A DNA stretch of 64,000 bases from an uncultured Flavobacteriales bacterium (GTDB lineage Bacteria; Bacteroidota; Bacteroidia; Flavobacteriales_D; CAJJDF01): positions 4,754 through 68,753 of the forward strand of contig CAKZNB010000033.1 of NCBI GenBank assembly GCA_937129365.1, written 5' to 3'. The notes beneath the pieces were generated by a model, which saw only the letters and a program-made list of their open reading frames with translations, did not search any database and had not been told where the DNA came from. Position numbers and translations under genes: made by a program. Positions within the stretch are counted from its first letter, which is position 1. Every line of letters begins with the position of its first letter. Positions 1 to 9,443 of the stretch are shown in pieces.

Positions 1-810
1 AACTTTGAAGGAGGTTGCTACGCAAAAACAATTGACTTAACCGAAGAGCAAGAACCACAAATATATAACGCTATTAAATTTGGAGCTATTTTGGAAAACA
101 TTGGTTTCCAACCTGGAACTTCTGCTCCTGATTACAGTGATACTACGATTACTCAAAATACAAGAGTTTCTTATCCAATTCATCATATTGATAATATTAT
201 GGTTCCTTCAGCTGGAGGAGTTCCAAAAAACATCTTTTTCTTAACTGCAGATGCATTTGGAGTATTGCCTCCAATCTCTAAGTTAACTTCTGGGCAAGCT
301 ATGTACCACTTTATATCTGGATATACAGCAAAGGTTGCAGGAACAGAAGCTGGAGTTACGGAACCACAAACAGTATTTTCTGCTTGTTTTGGAGCACCTT
401 TCTTGCCACTTCATCCAACCAAATATGCTGAGATGCTAGGGGAGAAGATTGCTGAAACAAACGTAAATGTGTGGTTAATAAACACTGGATGGTCTGGTGG
501 AGAATATAGTGTAGGAAGCCGTATTAAATTGAAATACACAAGAGCCATGATTACTGCAGCTCTTGAAGGTAAGCTTGATAATGTAGAATTTACAACACAT
601 GAGGTTTTTGGATTATCCATGCCAACTGAATGTGAGAATGTACCTACTGAAATGCTTTCTCCTAAAAACACATGGGCAGATAAAGCTGCGTATGATGCAA
701 AAGCAAATAGCTTAGCTAGTAAGTTTGTAGAAAATTTCAAACAATTTGAATCTGCAGCTAATGATGAGATAATGGCTGCTGCTCCTAAAACGGATGCGGT
801 AACAGCTTAA
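1..810 (+). CDS. pckA: Phosphoenolpyruvate carboxykinase (ATP), C-terminal part (5' end lies outside the window)
   Basis: The frame is open from nt 1 ([13 protein letters not shown]...). It continues through [32 protein letters not shown] and [10 protein letters not shown], all typical of ATP-dependent PckA. The listed TTG at 91 is internal. Confidence 0.9.
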   Translation, partial: NFEGGCYAKTIDLTEEQEPQIYNAIKFGAILENIGFQPGTSAPDYSDTTITQNTRVSYPIHHIDNIMVPSAGGVPKNIFFLTADAFGVLPPISKLTSGQAMYHFISGYTAKVAGTEAGVTEPQTVFSACFGAPFLPLHPTKYAEMLGEKIAETNVNVWLINTGWSGGEYSVGSRIKLKYTRAMITAALEGKLDNVEFTTHEVFGLSMPTECENVPTEMLSPKNTWADKAAYDAKANSLASKFVENFKQFESAANDEIMAAAPKTDAVTA

Positions 811-833
811 GTTTATTTGAAATATTAAAGTTT

Positions 834-861
834 AAAAGCTCTCCTTTGGAGGGCTTTTTTT
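834..861 (+). terminator. Rho-independent terminator after pckA
   Basis: Stem AGCTCTCC / GGAGGGCT (one G-T pair) with a TTT loop, followed by a T-run. Confidence 0.6.
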
Positions 862-874
862 ATGAAAGTATTTA

Positions 875-1438
875 TTAATCATACGTTCTTAAAATAGGAG
901 TTAAACAAATTACTTCATTTAAAATACCTTTTTCATTATAATAATTAGATGCAGAAGAGAATTTCCAATCTTCTGGTTTTGCTACAAATTCTTCCTTAAC
1001 AGGATTCTCATGTATGTAGTTTATTTTGTCCCAAACAAATTTTTCGGTAAAAAGTTCAATAGCATGATTGCCTGTTTTCCAAAATTTTATTTTCTCATTG
1101 CTTTTGTACTGTTCACCTTTTTCGGCAAATAATTTAATCATCCATTCTCTTCGAGATTCTGGCTCATTTCTAATTTGAAACAATATTTGTTTTGCAACAT
1201 GTCTTTTAAAATCTCTAATAGTATCACTAAGTTTGTATGGTTCATTACAATTTACTATTAAATGTATGTGATTTGTCATTATACAATATGCAAACACATT
1301 AAGTCCTTTGTTTTGAATACAATATCGTAGTGAGTTTAAAACTGCATATTTATGATTCTTTCTTGTAAAAACATCAATCCAGTCAGCAACTGTAAGCGTA
1401 AGGTAATAACTGGCCTCTTTTTTTATGGTATGTTTTAT
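875..1438 (-). CDS. IS200/IS605-like HUH Y1 transposase (REP-associated tyrosine transposase type); start codon unclear, possibly frameshifted
   Basis: HUH motif in CIMTNHIHLIV and a C-terminal Tyr region (FSSASNYY). The frame stays open upstream of the listed GTG (1297) through IKHTIKKEASYYLTLTVADWIDVFTR, the conserved first strand. No ATG/GTG/TTG occurs in that frame. Confidence 0.75.
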   Translation of the reverse strand: MKHTIKKEASYYLTLTVADWIDVFTRKNHKYAVLNSLRYCIQNKGLNVFAYCIMTNHIHLIVNCNEPYKLSDTIRDFKRHVAKQILFQIRNEPESRREWMIKLFAEKGEQYKSNEKIKFWKTGNHAIELFTEKFVWDKINYIHENPVKEEFVAKPEDWKFSSASNYYNEKGILNEVICLTPILRTYD

Positions 1439-1500
1439 TCCTTGTTTGATAATTGAATTTACAAAAAATAAATAAGACAGAATGTATAACTTTTTTCATT

Positions 1501-1525
1501 GCTTCGCAGTAGCTAAGCTGCTGCG
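1501..1525 (-). repeat. REP-like hairpin element, copy A (inverted relative to copy B)
   Basis: GCTTCGCAGTAGC-TAA-GCTGCTGCG. Its reverse complement matches copy B apart from the loop. Confidence 0.7.
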
Positions 1526-1584
1526 TTTTCATTGAAATATTTCACGTTTATTACTTACGTTTGCTCTGTTATGTTAGCTCTGTG

Positions 1585-1613
1585 CCGCAGCAGCTCAGCT
1601 ACTGCGGAGCGGG
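1585..1613 (+). repeat. REP-like hairpin element, copy B
   Basis: CCGCAGCAGC-TCA-GCTACTGCGGAGCGGG. Preceded by the shared leader TTGCTCTGTTATGTTAGCTCTG. Confidence 0.7.
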
Positions 1614-1707
1614 TAGTAAGTAGAATTTTTCTTTATAGTTTGTTTTTCGCCTTGAACCATTTACAAAGGTAATTATTTTGTTGGCTTTGTTATGTTAACT
1701 CTGCTTT

Positions 1708-1737
1708 CCGCAGCAGTACAACTGCTTCGGAGCGGGG
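1708..1737 (+). repeat. REP-like hairpin element, copy C
   Basis: CCGCAGCAGT-ACA-ACTGCTTCGGAGCGGGG. Preceded by TTGGCTTTGTTATGTTAACTCTG, which is similar to the leader of copy B. Confidence 0.7.
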
Positions 1738-1830
1738 TGTATCTTTTCTCAAATTGAGACTTCGCGATGAAAAACTTTGGTAGAGTGATAAATAAGCTTA
1801 AATTTCAACCAACTAATAATTTAAAATTTT

Positions 1831-2169
1831 ATGAAAGATTATAAAAAAATGTTTGCTTTGAGTTTTTTTATTTGGGTGATTGGATTAATTATTCTTAATG
1901 TTCTTGCTAATAAGGTTTTATCAAGCTTATTGTTGATTGTAAGTTTTATATTGTTAATATTGGGAATAATAATTTGGATTAGAAAACATTCAAATATTAA
2001 AAAAACAATAGAATCGTTTAAGGAGAAAACTAAAACCCATAAAGGTATTTTTAAATACCATAGGAGTATATTGGATACTATAATTTCAAAATTCAAACAA
2101 ATAATTATAATCTATTATTTTATTATTTCTTTGATTGTTTTGATTCATTATGACATTTTAAAATTTTAA
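1831..2169 (+). CDS. Hypothetical small membrane protein (very AT-rich ORF between inverted REP copies C and D)
   Basis: 112-aa ORF with two or three hydrophobic segments. No recognisable family, so coding status is uncertain. Confidence 0.3.
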   Translation: MKDYKKMFALSFFIWVIGLIILNVLANKVLSSLLLIVSFILLILGIIIWIRKHSNIKKTIESFKEKTKTHKGIFKYHRSILDTIISKFKQIIIIYYFIISLIVLIHYDILKF

Positions 2170-2335
2170 AACTATCAATTATATCGAAAAATATAGGCTC
2201 GTATTCAGATATTTTTTTTCTTTCGGTAGTCTTAGAAACAATATATAATTTATTACTACTAATAAAAAGAGTTATAAAATGATATAGTCTAACATTTTTT
2301 TGTTAGGTTAAGTTTTATTATTGTGAAGTCATAAT

Positions 2336-2363
2336 CCGCTCCGAAGCAGTTGCACTGCTGCGG
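2336..2363 (-). repeat. REP-like hairpin element, copy D (inverted copy of C)
   Basis: CCGCTCCGAAGCAGTTGCACTGCTGCGG. Its reverse complement differs from copy C at one loop base. Confidence 0.7.
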
Positions 2364-2573
2364 TATTCATCAATATGTTTCTGCTGTGCTGGATTTGTAA
2401 CCCTGCACTTTTCACCAGGCTTTTAGGTGGATTTTATTGTTGGCTCTATGTTACGTCAGATTTGCAGAGAGTGATTGTTTGCATTATAACTCAAATATAA
2501 AGAAAAAACCATCTTTACTTTCATAAGTAATTACAACATTTCCTTTGGCATCTTATGTATTTATACTTTCCAT

Positions 2574-2607
2574 AAAAAAAGCCTTCCTGATATTTCGGGA
2601 AGGCTTT
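2574..2607 (-). terminator. Rho-independent terminator of the OmpA-family gene
   Basis: GCCTTCC ... GGAAGGC stem. On the minus strand it is followed by a T-run (A-run 2574-2580 on plus). Confidence 0.65.
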
Positions 2608-2629
2608 GAAAATTAATTAGTTTAGTTTC

Positions 2630-3805
2630 TTAGAAAGCAACCTTAAACTCAACTCTACGGTTAAGTGCTCTACCTTCAGCAGTGCTGTTTGTAGCTCTTG
2701 GGTTATCAATTCCATATCCTTCAGAAGATAGTCTTGAAGCATCAATTCCTTTTTTGATAAGGTATTTCTTGGCAGCAGCAGCTCTAGATTTTGATAATCT
2801 TAAGTTACCTGATTTGCTTCCTGTGTTATCAGTGTAACCACTAATTTGTAATTTATATTCAGGATGAGCTAACATAATTTTAGCTACGTTATCTAACACA
2901 ACATACGATTTTCTTTCAATAACAGAAGAACCAGTTTTAAAGAATAATCCTTCCATAGCTTGAGTAAGCACTTTTTCATCTTCTTCATTCACTTTTGGGC
3001 AACCACTATTGGCAGCAATACCAGCAACTTTAGGACACTTGTCCATGTTATCTGGAATCCCATCTCCATCCGTATCAGGACATCCATCAAACTTAGCTAA
3101 ACCAGCTACAGTAGGACATTTGTCTTTACTGTCAGCAATTCCGTCACCATCTTTGTCATCTGCTTTTTTAGGACAACCGTTTACAGTTCCTGCCACAGTT
3201 GGACATTTGTCTACGTTGTCAGCAAATCCATCTCCATCCGTATCAGGACATCCTTTGAATTTTGCTAATCCAGCAGTTGAAGGACATACATCATCGCTAT
3301 CTTTAATTCCGTCACCATCAGAATCTGGACAACCATTAAATGCTGCAAGACCTTTAACTGTAGGACAGTCATCTTTATCGTCAGCAATTCCATCGCCATC
3401 TTTATCTTGCATAGGTAATTTTGCACCAAAATCAGAATGAGAATCAATATCCCATTGGTCAAATCCTCTCCATTTGTTAGTATGATTATCAATCAATGCA
3501 GGAATCCATCCAAGAGCTCCAGCTCCAAGAGCAATATCACCTGCTACATATTTAGGAAGTATTTCCCCTTCAACAGTGTAGGATGTAGTTGGATAACCGT
3601 TTAATCTATATTCAATATTATGAGGTTCAGTAGTTTCTAGAGCTACTGTTACAGGAGATGTTCCAACTTTGTTTCCATCTACATACACATCAGCGTTTGG
3701 CGGATTTGTAGTGAATGTAACATCTTGTTTAGTGTTTTTTCTTAAGATTGTAGCACAGCTTGTAAAAAAGAATGCTGCTAGTAAAATAGGTATTAGTTTT
3801 TTCAT
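2630..3805 (-). CDS. OmpA-family lipoprotein with a PEGA-like N-terminal domain and thrombospondin type-3 (Asp-rich Ca-binding) repeats
   Basis: Lipobox FFFTSC. Contains repeated DxDGDGIxDxxDKCP units. The C-terminal OmpA_C region includes YTDNTGS...NLRLSKSRA and NRRVEF. Confidence 0.9.
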   Translation of the reverse strand: MKKLIPILLAAFFFTSCATILRKNTKQDVTFTTNPPNADVYVDGNKVGTSPVTVALETTEPHNIEYRLNGYPTTSYTVEGEILPKYVAGDIALGAGALGWIPALIDNHTNKWRGFDQWDIDSHSDFGAKLPMQDKDGDGIADDKDDCPTVKGLAAFNGCPDSDGDGIKDSDDVCPSTAGLAKFKGCPDTDGDGFADNVDKCPTVAGTVNGCPKKADDKDGDGIADSKDKCPTVAGLAKFDGCPDTDGDGIPDNMDKCPKVAGIAANSGCPKVNEEDEKVLTQAMEGLFFKTGSSVIERKSYVVLDNVAKIMLAHPEYKLQISGYTDNTGSKSGNLRLSKSRAAAAKKYLIKKGIDASRLSSEGYGIDNPRATNSTAEGRALNRRVEFKVAF

Positions 3806-3889
3806 GATTTCTTTTTGTTTGAGTTACATAGCAAACTTAATAAAAATTATTAAAGGCACAAAGTGATATTTTTTGTAATATTGTGAGTT

Positions 3890-4738
3890 ATGAACAGAGT
3901 CGTTAAAGTATTAGTTGTCTATTTTTTAGGGTTTTACCAGTTAGGTTATTCACAAGAAGAGACTAAGGGGAAAATTAAAAAAATTAGTTTTGGGATAGAT
4001 ATAGGTTTAAATATTCCAAATAACAAGCCTGCACAGTTTTTGGATGGGTCTCATCCTTTTGGTGTTTCGCGTATACTTTCCAACCCTCAAATAAGGCAAC
4101 AACTTGAAACAGAACTTGGATATCCAATTAAAAATTGGGAATATTCAAGAAACAACACTTATTCGCCTACAGTATATGCAGGCTTGTTTTTAGGGTTTGA
4201 TTTGAATGCTGATTGGGCAATGGTAATGAAAGTCAATTTTTCGGTACTCAGATTTTCTACTCCACTAGTAATAGCATTGGATAATCCTCAAAATTTTACT
4301 GGAGAATTTGAGCAAGCCACAGTTACCGCTCAAGAACAAAGATTTGGTTACGAATTAGGAATTCAAAGAAAATACAACATTCAACCAAAACTTGATTTTA
4401 GCATAATGGCTGGTGCAAGTTTTAATTACATACAATTAGAGCGGCAAGAATTTATTGTAAGAAGCAGACAATTTGTAATAACTCGAATTCAAAACCCTCA
4501 AATACTTAATTATCAACAAGTAGATGGGTTTGGATACGGATTTTTAGCGGAAATAGGTGTGAGTTATGAATTAAATGAAAAGTTTACTCTAGGGCTTTAT
4601 ATCCAGGGTTCGGCAATCAAAAACAAAGAGTATATCGAAGAACTTACAGAGGGAACAACATACCTAAAACAATCGGCTGAAGAAGCCAGTAAATTTCTAC
4701 CAAGTTTTAGTACTTGTTTCAGACTTATATGGAATTAA
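3890..4738 (+). CDS. Hypothetical secreted protein, probably an outer-membrane beta-barrel
   Basis: Signal peptide and alternating beta-strand-like pattern. No recognised family. Confidence 0.5.
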   Translation: MNRVVKVLVVYFLGFYQLGYSQEETKGKIKKISFGIDIGLNIPNNKPAQFLDGSHPFGVSRILSNPQIRQQLETELGYPIKNWEYSRNNTYSPTVYAGLFLGFDLNADWAMVMKVNFSVLRFSTPLVIALDNPQNFTGEFEQATVTAQEQRFGYELGIQRKYNIQPKLDFSIMAGASFNYIQLERQEFIVRSRQFVITRIQNPQILNYQQVDGFGYGFLAEIGVSYELNEKFTLGLYIQGSAIKNKEYIEELTEGTTYLKQSAEEASKFLPSFSTCFRLIWN

Positions 4739-4813
4739 AGGATTAGTCCGATTTACTTTGACTATTATTACGTATTTCACTAATTTTACTTATAATTTTA
4801 ATAGCATTTTTTT

Positions 4814-5395
4814 GTGAAATACAATTTAAGTGAAATAACAGAGGTAATTAAGAATAGAAGAACCATTTATCCTGAGCAATATTCATCTCGCAAGATACAT
4901 AGAGAGATAGTGGAAGATGTGTTGAACAATGCTATTTGGGCTCCAACACATGGCAAAACTCAACCCTGGCGATTTCAAGTTTTTATGGATGATGCTCGCA
5001 TTGAGCTTTCGGAATTTTTGTCTTCGCTTTATGCTTCAAAATTTGAAGGAGAAGATTTCAATGAAATGAAATTTAACAAATTAAAGAACAGACCGCTCCA
5101 AGCTTCAGTTGCCATAGCACTAATAATGACAAGAGAAGAAGATGGAGTAATACCAGAAATGGAAGAAATTGAGGCGGTAGCTTGTGCAGTTCAAAACATG
5201 TATCTTACTTGTACAGCTTATGGTATTGGAGGGTTTTGGTCTTCACCAAAATTGGGCTATACGCAAGAAATGAAAGATTTTTTGGGAATTGCTGACACAG
5301 ATAAATGTTTGGGAATTTTTTATATGGGATACCCAGAAATAGAATGGCCAAAGGGGCAAAGAAAACCAATTGAGTATGTAACTAAATGGAGATAA
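4814..5395 (+). CDS. Nitroreductase family protein
   Basis: RRTIYPEQY and NAIWAPTHGKTQPWRF motifs with a GTG start. Confidence 0.8.
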   Translation: MKYNLSEITEVIKNRRTIYPEQYSSRKIHREIVEDVLNNAIWAPTHGKTQPWRFQVFMDDARIELSEFLSSLYASKFEGEDFNEMKFNKLKNRPLQASVAIALIMTREEDGVIPEMEEIEAVACAVQNMYLTCTAYGIGGFWSSPKLGYTQEMKDFLGIADTDKCLGIFYMGYPEIEWPKGQRKPIEYVTKWR

Positions 5396-5398
5396 ACT

Positions 5399-5743
5399 AT
5401 GTATCATATTTTTCCCAGCTATCATTATTACGAGCATCCTACGGATTCTAATTATCTTATTTTTACTCTGAGAAGAGAAGACATGGCTGAATATTTTGCT
5501 CAGCAACTAACTGATGCAAATATTGGCTACGAAACTGATACGGATATAAATCCACAAAAAAAGAAATTATATCATTTTGCTATTTTGCAAAGCAATAGAC
5601 CAAAGGCTATGGAGATTTTTCTTGAAACTTGGGCAAAATTTAGAAAACCATTTTTTCATAATCCAACCATCAAATTTTTCCTTTTGTTGTTAACGGTATC
5701 TTTGATAACTTTAGCCATAATTGGTTTTATAAAAAGTAATTAA
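5399..5743 (+). CDS. Hypothetical protein with a C-terminal transmembrane anchor
   Basis: ORF tightly packed between neighbouring genes, with a hydrophobic C-terminus (FFLLLLTVSLITLAIIGF). Confidence 0.45.
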   Translation: MYHIFPSYHYYEHPTDSNYLIFTLRREDMAEYFAQQLTDANIGYETDTDINPQKKKLYHFAILQSNRPKAMEIFLETWAKFRKPFFHNPTIKFFLLLLTVSLITLAIIGFIKSN

Positions 5744-6693
5744 TGTCAAAAAAAATAAAGATTGTAGAAATAACCTCTGAACTGGGAGCAGGAACAAGAG
5801 GTGCAAGTTTAGGAGTAGGAGCTTTAAGAACAGCTGCTTATAATAAAAACTCTAATTTTTATAAAGAGTATGCTGCAATATCAGTACCTAACTATAATCA
5901 GTATTTATTTTCAGAAATAAATACACCTGGAGCTATAAGAATTGAATATATCGAAAAGCAATTTGAATTAATAGCCGATTCAATTAAACAAACACTTCAA
6001 TCAGATAATTTTCCTCTGATATTAGCGGGAGATCATTCAACTGCAGCAGCAACAATTGCTGGAATTCAGCAAACATATCCAGATAAAACATTGGGTGTTG
6101 TTTGGGTAGATGCTCATGGAGATTTACACTCTCCATACACTTCTCCCTCAGGAAATGTGCATGGAATGCCGCTTGCAATTGCCTGTGGAATAGATAATAA
6201 GGATTGTAGTGTAAGGGAAATATCTCAAAAAGCACTTACCCATTGGGAGAATGTAAAAAACATGTCGGGTAAAAATTTAAACCCTAATAATTTGGTTTTT
6301 GTGGGTGTTCGAGATACCGAAAAGCCCGAAGATGTTTTGATTGAGAGATTAGGAATCAAAAATTTTGAAGTAGCAGAAGTTAAAGAAAAAGGAGGAGAAA
6401 CTGTTGCAAAAGAAACACTTCAGTTATTGCAAGGATGTGATATGCTCTACGTTTCATTTGATGTAGATAGTATGGATCCGCAAGAAACTTCGCATGGAAC
6501 GGGAACTCCTGTTGACGATGGAATTCCTGTAATAGAAGTAACCCAATTACTATCAACTTTATGTTCAAGTCCAAAATTAGTTTGTTTTGAAACGGTAGAG
6601 GTAAACCCTACATTGGACGAAAAAAAGAACAAAATGGCAGAAGTAACAATATCTATATTGGATGAAGTTGCCAAAAAAATAGCTGACAGATAA
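5743..6693 (+). CDS. Arginase-family (ureohydrolase) protein: arginase, agmatinase or formiminoglutamase type
   Basis: Mn-binding motifs AGDHS, DAHGDLH and SFDVDSMDP. Confidence 0.8.
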   Translation: MSKKIKIVEITSELGAGTRGASLGVGALRTAAYNKNSNFYKEYAAISVPNYNQYLFSEINTPGAIRIEYIEKQFELIADSIKQTLQSDNFPLILAGDHSTAAATIAGIQQTYPDKTLGVVWVDAHGDLHSPYTSPSGNVHGMPLAIACGIDNKDCSVREISQKALTHWENVKNMSGKNLNPNNLVFVGVRDTEKPEDVLIERLGIKNFEVAEVKEKGGETVAKETLQLLQGCDMLYVSFDVDSMDPQETSHGTGTPVDDGIPVIEVTQLLSTLCSSPKLVCFETVEVNPTLDEKKNKMAEVTISILDEVAKKIADR

Positions 6694-6742
6694 TAACAAC
6701 CAAAACAAGCTTAGAATCGTATAATTCTTAAGAATAATAATA

Positions 6743-7273
6743 ATGAAAGAATACAAATTCAGAGTTTTAATTGATACATTAGAGGAAGAAAATGCCTTTA
6801 GGGACATTGCTATTAACAACGATTTCACATTTGATAAGTTGCACAAGGCAATAAATAAAGCATTTGATTTTAAAGGAGATCAAGTAGCTTCTTTTTACTT
6901 AAGTAACGAAGATTGGGACAAAGGAGAGGAGATTGGATTAATGGATATGACTGGCGAGAGTGCAGATTTTGTTGAAATGATTCACACTCCAATCAAAGAA
7001 AAAGTGGATGAGTTGAATCAGAAACTTTTATATGTTTATGATTTTCTCACGATGTGGTGTTTTTTTGTAGAGTTAATAGAGATTAATCCTATTGATAGCT
7101 CAAAAGAATACCCAACAATAGAGTTGGTTTTTGGAGAAGCTCCTGCAGAAGATTCAAAACAAATTGAAATGGTTGATAGTTTGGATTTTGACCTGGATGA
7201 TGAAGACGATCCATATGGAGACATTGAAGACGAATTTAATAGTTTTGAAAATATAGATGATTTAGATATATGA
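6743..7273 (+). CDS. Hypothetical protein, possibly with a pRiA4b ORF-3-like (MM3350-like) domain and an acidic tail
   Basis: YKFRVLIDT...FRDIAI...TFDKLHKAI pattern and a D/E-rich C-terminus. Overlaps the next gene by ATGA. Confidence 0.5.
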   Translation: MKEYKFRVLIDTLEEENAFRDIAINNDFTFDKLHKAINKAFDFKGDQVASFYLSNEDWDKGEEIGLMDMTGESADFVEMIHTPIKEKVDELNQKLLYVYDFLTMWCFFVELIEINPIDSSKEYPTIELVFGEAPAEDSKQIEMVDSLDFDLDDEDDPYGDIEDEFNSFENIDDLDI

Positions 7274-8985
7274 TAAAACACTTACACATAGTAGCATTTA
7301 TAGTCGCTATGACTATAAGTTCGGTTTTGTTTTCTCAAAGCGGAACCAATAACTATGTGCAAGGTGAATTATTAATAATGTTAGAATCTGAAGCCAGTAT
7401 TTTAGATTTTAATAAATCAATAAATAATAATTTTTCAAATTTGAATTGTGAAGTAAAAAGAAAAATTTCAAGAAAAATGAATCTCTGGCTTATTTCTTTT
7501 AATCAGTCAGCTTATTCAAATGCTGAAGCTCTTGAGTTTGTAAAATCCTCTTCTTTGGTTTTGGAATCACAATTTAATCATACTAATATAACTCTCAGAG
7601 GAGACACCTGTCCTGTAGATACTAATTTTAATATACAATGGGGTATGAAAAATACTGGTCAATCTGGAGGAACTGTAGGTTCAGATATTGATGCTTGCAA
7701 AGCATGGGGAATTGGAACTAACACCGTTACTTCAAAAGGAGATACAGTGGTAGTTGCAGTTATTGATGATGGTTTTTATTTGGATCATCAGGATATTAAT
7801 TATTTTATTAATTATCAAGAAATTCCCAATAATGGAATTGATGACGATGGAAACGGATACATTGATGATTATAAAGGTTGGAATTCAAGGCTTGATACAT
7901 CGCATGTTACCTCAAGAAGGCATGGAACTATGGTTTCAGGAATTATAGGTGCAAAAGCGGATTCAGTTGGTGTGGTAGGAGTAAACTGGGGAATGAAAAT
8001 TTTACCCATTCAAGGAAGTTCACAATTAGAATCTGATGTGTTAAGTGCTTATGATTATGTGTTAGAGATGCGTTCTCTTTACGATTCAACTAATGGAACA
8101 AATGGGGCTTATATAGTAGTTACAAATTCAAGTTTTGGAGTAGACTACGGAAACAGATCATCATATCCATTGTGGTGTGCTTTTTACGATACGCTGGGAG
8201 CTCATGGAATATTAAGTGCAGCAGCCACAGCAAACAGAAATGTAGATGTGGATGTAGTAGGAGACATACCAACAACTTGCCAGAGTGACTTTCTTATATC
8301 GGTAACTAACACAAATCGATATGACGGAAAATATGGGCAAGCAGCTTATGGAGATACCAATATTGATTTGGGAGCACCCGGAACTTCTATTCGTTCCACA
8401 GTCCCTTATTTATCTTTGCCTTATTCTACAAATTTCTCTTATGGAAATGATAACGGAACTTCATTCTCTACTCCCCATGTTGCTGGAGCAGTAGCTTTTT
8501 TATACGCCAATGCTTGTGATAATTTTTTAACCTATTATCAAGCAAGGCCTGATTCGATGGCACTCATAGTTAAGAAATATATACTTGAGCATGGCGATTC
8601 TATTTTTGCTCTTCAAGGCTTGTCAGTTACTGGAAAGAGATTGAATTTGTATAATTCAATGGTTGCATTATTAAATTCAGCATATTGTACTAATGTATCA
8701 ATTGATGAAAAAAAGATTGAAATTTCTCAATCAGTAAGTTTATTTCCAAATCCCAATAATGGAGATTTTTCTCTTAAATTTGAAAATATGATTGAGGGAG
8801 AATATCAACTAGCAATTATATCTATTGAAGGAAAATTGATTGAGAATAATGTGTTGCAATTATCCAATGGAAACCAAGAGCTTAGGATTGATTCAATCGG
8901 TAATCTTGACCAAGGTGTGTATTTTTTATGTTTAAAGTCATCTTTTGGTTTTACTAAAAACATTAAGTTTGTAGTAAGTAAATAA
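7270..8985 (+). CDS. Subtilisin-like S8 serine protease with a T9SS C-terminal sorting domain
   Basis: Catalytic triad contexts VAVIDDG, HGTMVSG and GTSFSTPHVAG. The C-terminus has LFPNPNNGDFSL...GVYFLCL, typical of a T9SS type-A CTD. Confidence 0.9.
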   Translation: MIKHLHIVAFIVAMTISSVLFSQSGTNNYVQGELLIMLESEASILDFNKSINNNFSNLNCEVKRKISRKMNLWLISFNQSAYSNAEALEFVKSSSLVLESQFNHTNITLRGDTCPVDTNFNIQWGMKNTGQSGGTVGSDIDACKAWGIGTNTVTSKGDTVVVAVIDDGFYLDHQDINYFINYQEIPNNGIDDDGNGYIDDYKGWNSRLDTSHVTSRRHGTMVSGIIGAKADSVGVVGVNWGMKILPIQGSSQLESDVLSAYDYVLEMRSLYDSTNGTNGAYIVVTNSSFGVDYGNRSSYPLWCAFYDTLGAHGILSAAATANRNVDVDVVGDIPTTCQSDFLISVTNTNRYDGKYGQAAYGDTNIDLGAPGTSIRSTVPYLSLPYSTNFSYGNDNGTSFSTPHVAGAVAFLYANACDNFLTYYQARPDSMALIVKKYILEHGDSIFALQGLSVTGKRLNLYNSMVALLNSAYCTNVSIDEKKIEISQSVSLFPNPNNGDFSLKFENMIEGEYQLAIISIEGKLIENNVLQLSNGNQELRIDSIGNLDQGVYFLCLKSSFGFTKNIKFVVSK

Positions 8986-8988
8986 GAT

Positions 8989-9381
8989 TTGAAAAATAAA
9001 TTTTTACATAAAACAATAGCTATTGCGTTTCTTTTTAGTTTCGTTGCGAATGTTTTATTGCCTTCAATTATCTTATTTCAATTCAAAGTAAATCAAGAGT
9101 ATATAGCTGCCAATTTATGTATAAATAAAGATATTGAAGAGTCTACCTGTAAAGGAAAATGTCAACTAAAAAAGTCTTTAGCAAAAGTGGAGAAAAGTAA
9201 TCCAAATAATGAAAACTTTACTATCACAGCAGAATCACACATTACTTCATTGTTTCTTGTAGAATCACCTCAATTTATTTTTTCTGAAAAAATAAACTTT
9301 CAAGATTTTATTAAAACAAAACAAGATGTATCTATTTGTGGATACGAGGAATCTTTGTTTCGACCTCCCATTTTATGCTAA
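8989..9381 (+). CDS. Hypothetical membrane-anchored protein with a CxNKD-x5-CKGKCQL cysteine motif
   Basis: TTG start, N-terminal TM helix and a Cys cluster CINKDIEESTCKGKCQL. Tightly linked to the downstream barrel gene. Confidence 0.5.
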   Translation: MKNKFLHKTIAIAFLFSFVANVLLPSIILFQFKVNQEYIAANLCINKDIEESTCKGKCQLKKSLAKVEKSNPNNENFTITAESHITSLFLVESPQFIFSEKINFQDFIKTKQDVSICGYEESLFRPPILC

Positions 9382-9443
9382 TTAAATCTGCACTTTAATT
9401 ACACGAGTAATTAAAATTAATTAGTAATAAAATATAAAAATTC

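Noticed and set aside
411-740. 109-aa minus-strand ORF inside pckA
   Set aside because: It lies antisense to a highly conserved housekeeping gene and has no independent support.
3009-3440. 143-aa plus-strand ORF inside the OmpA/TSP3 gene
   Set aside because: It lies antisense to the Asp-rich TSP3 repeats. The low-complexity P/S/G-rich translation is typical of shadow ORFs.
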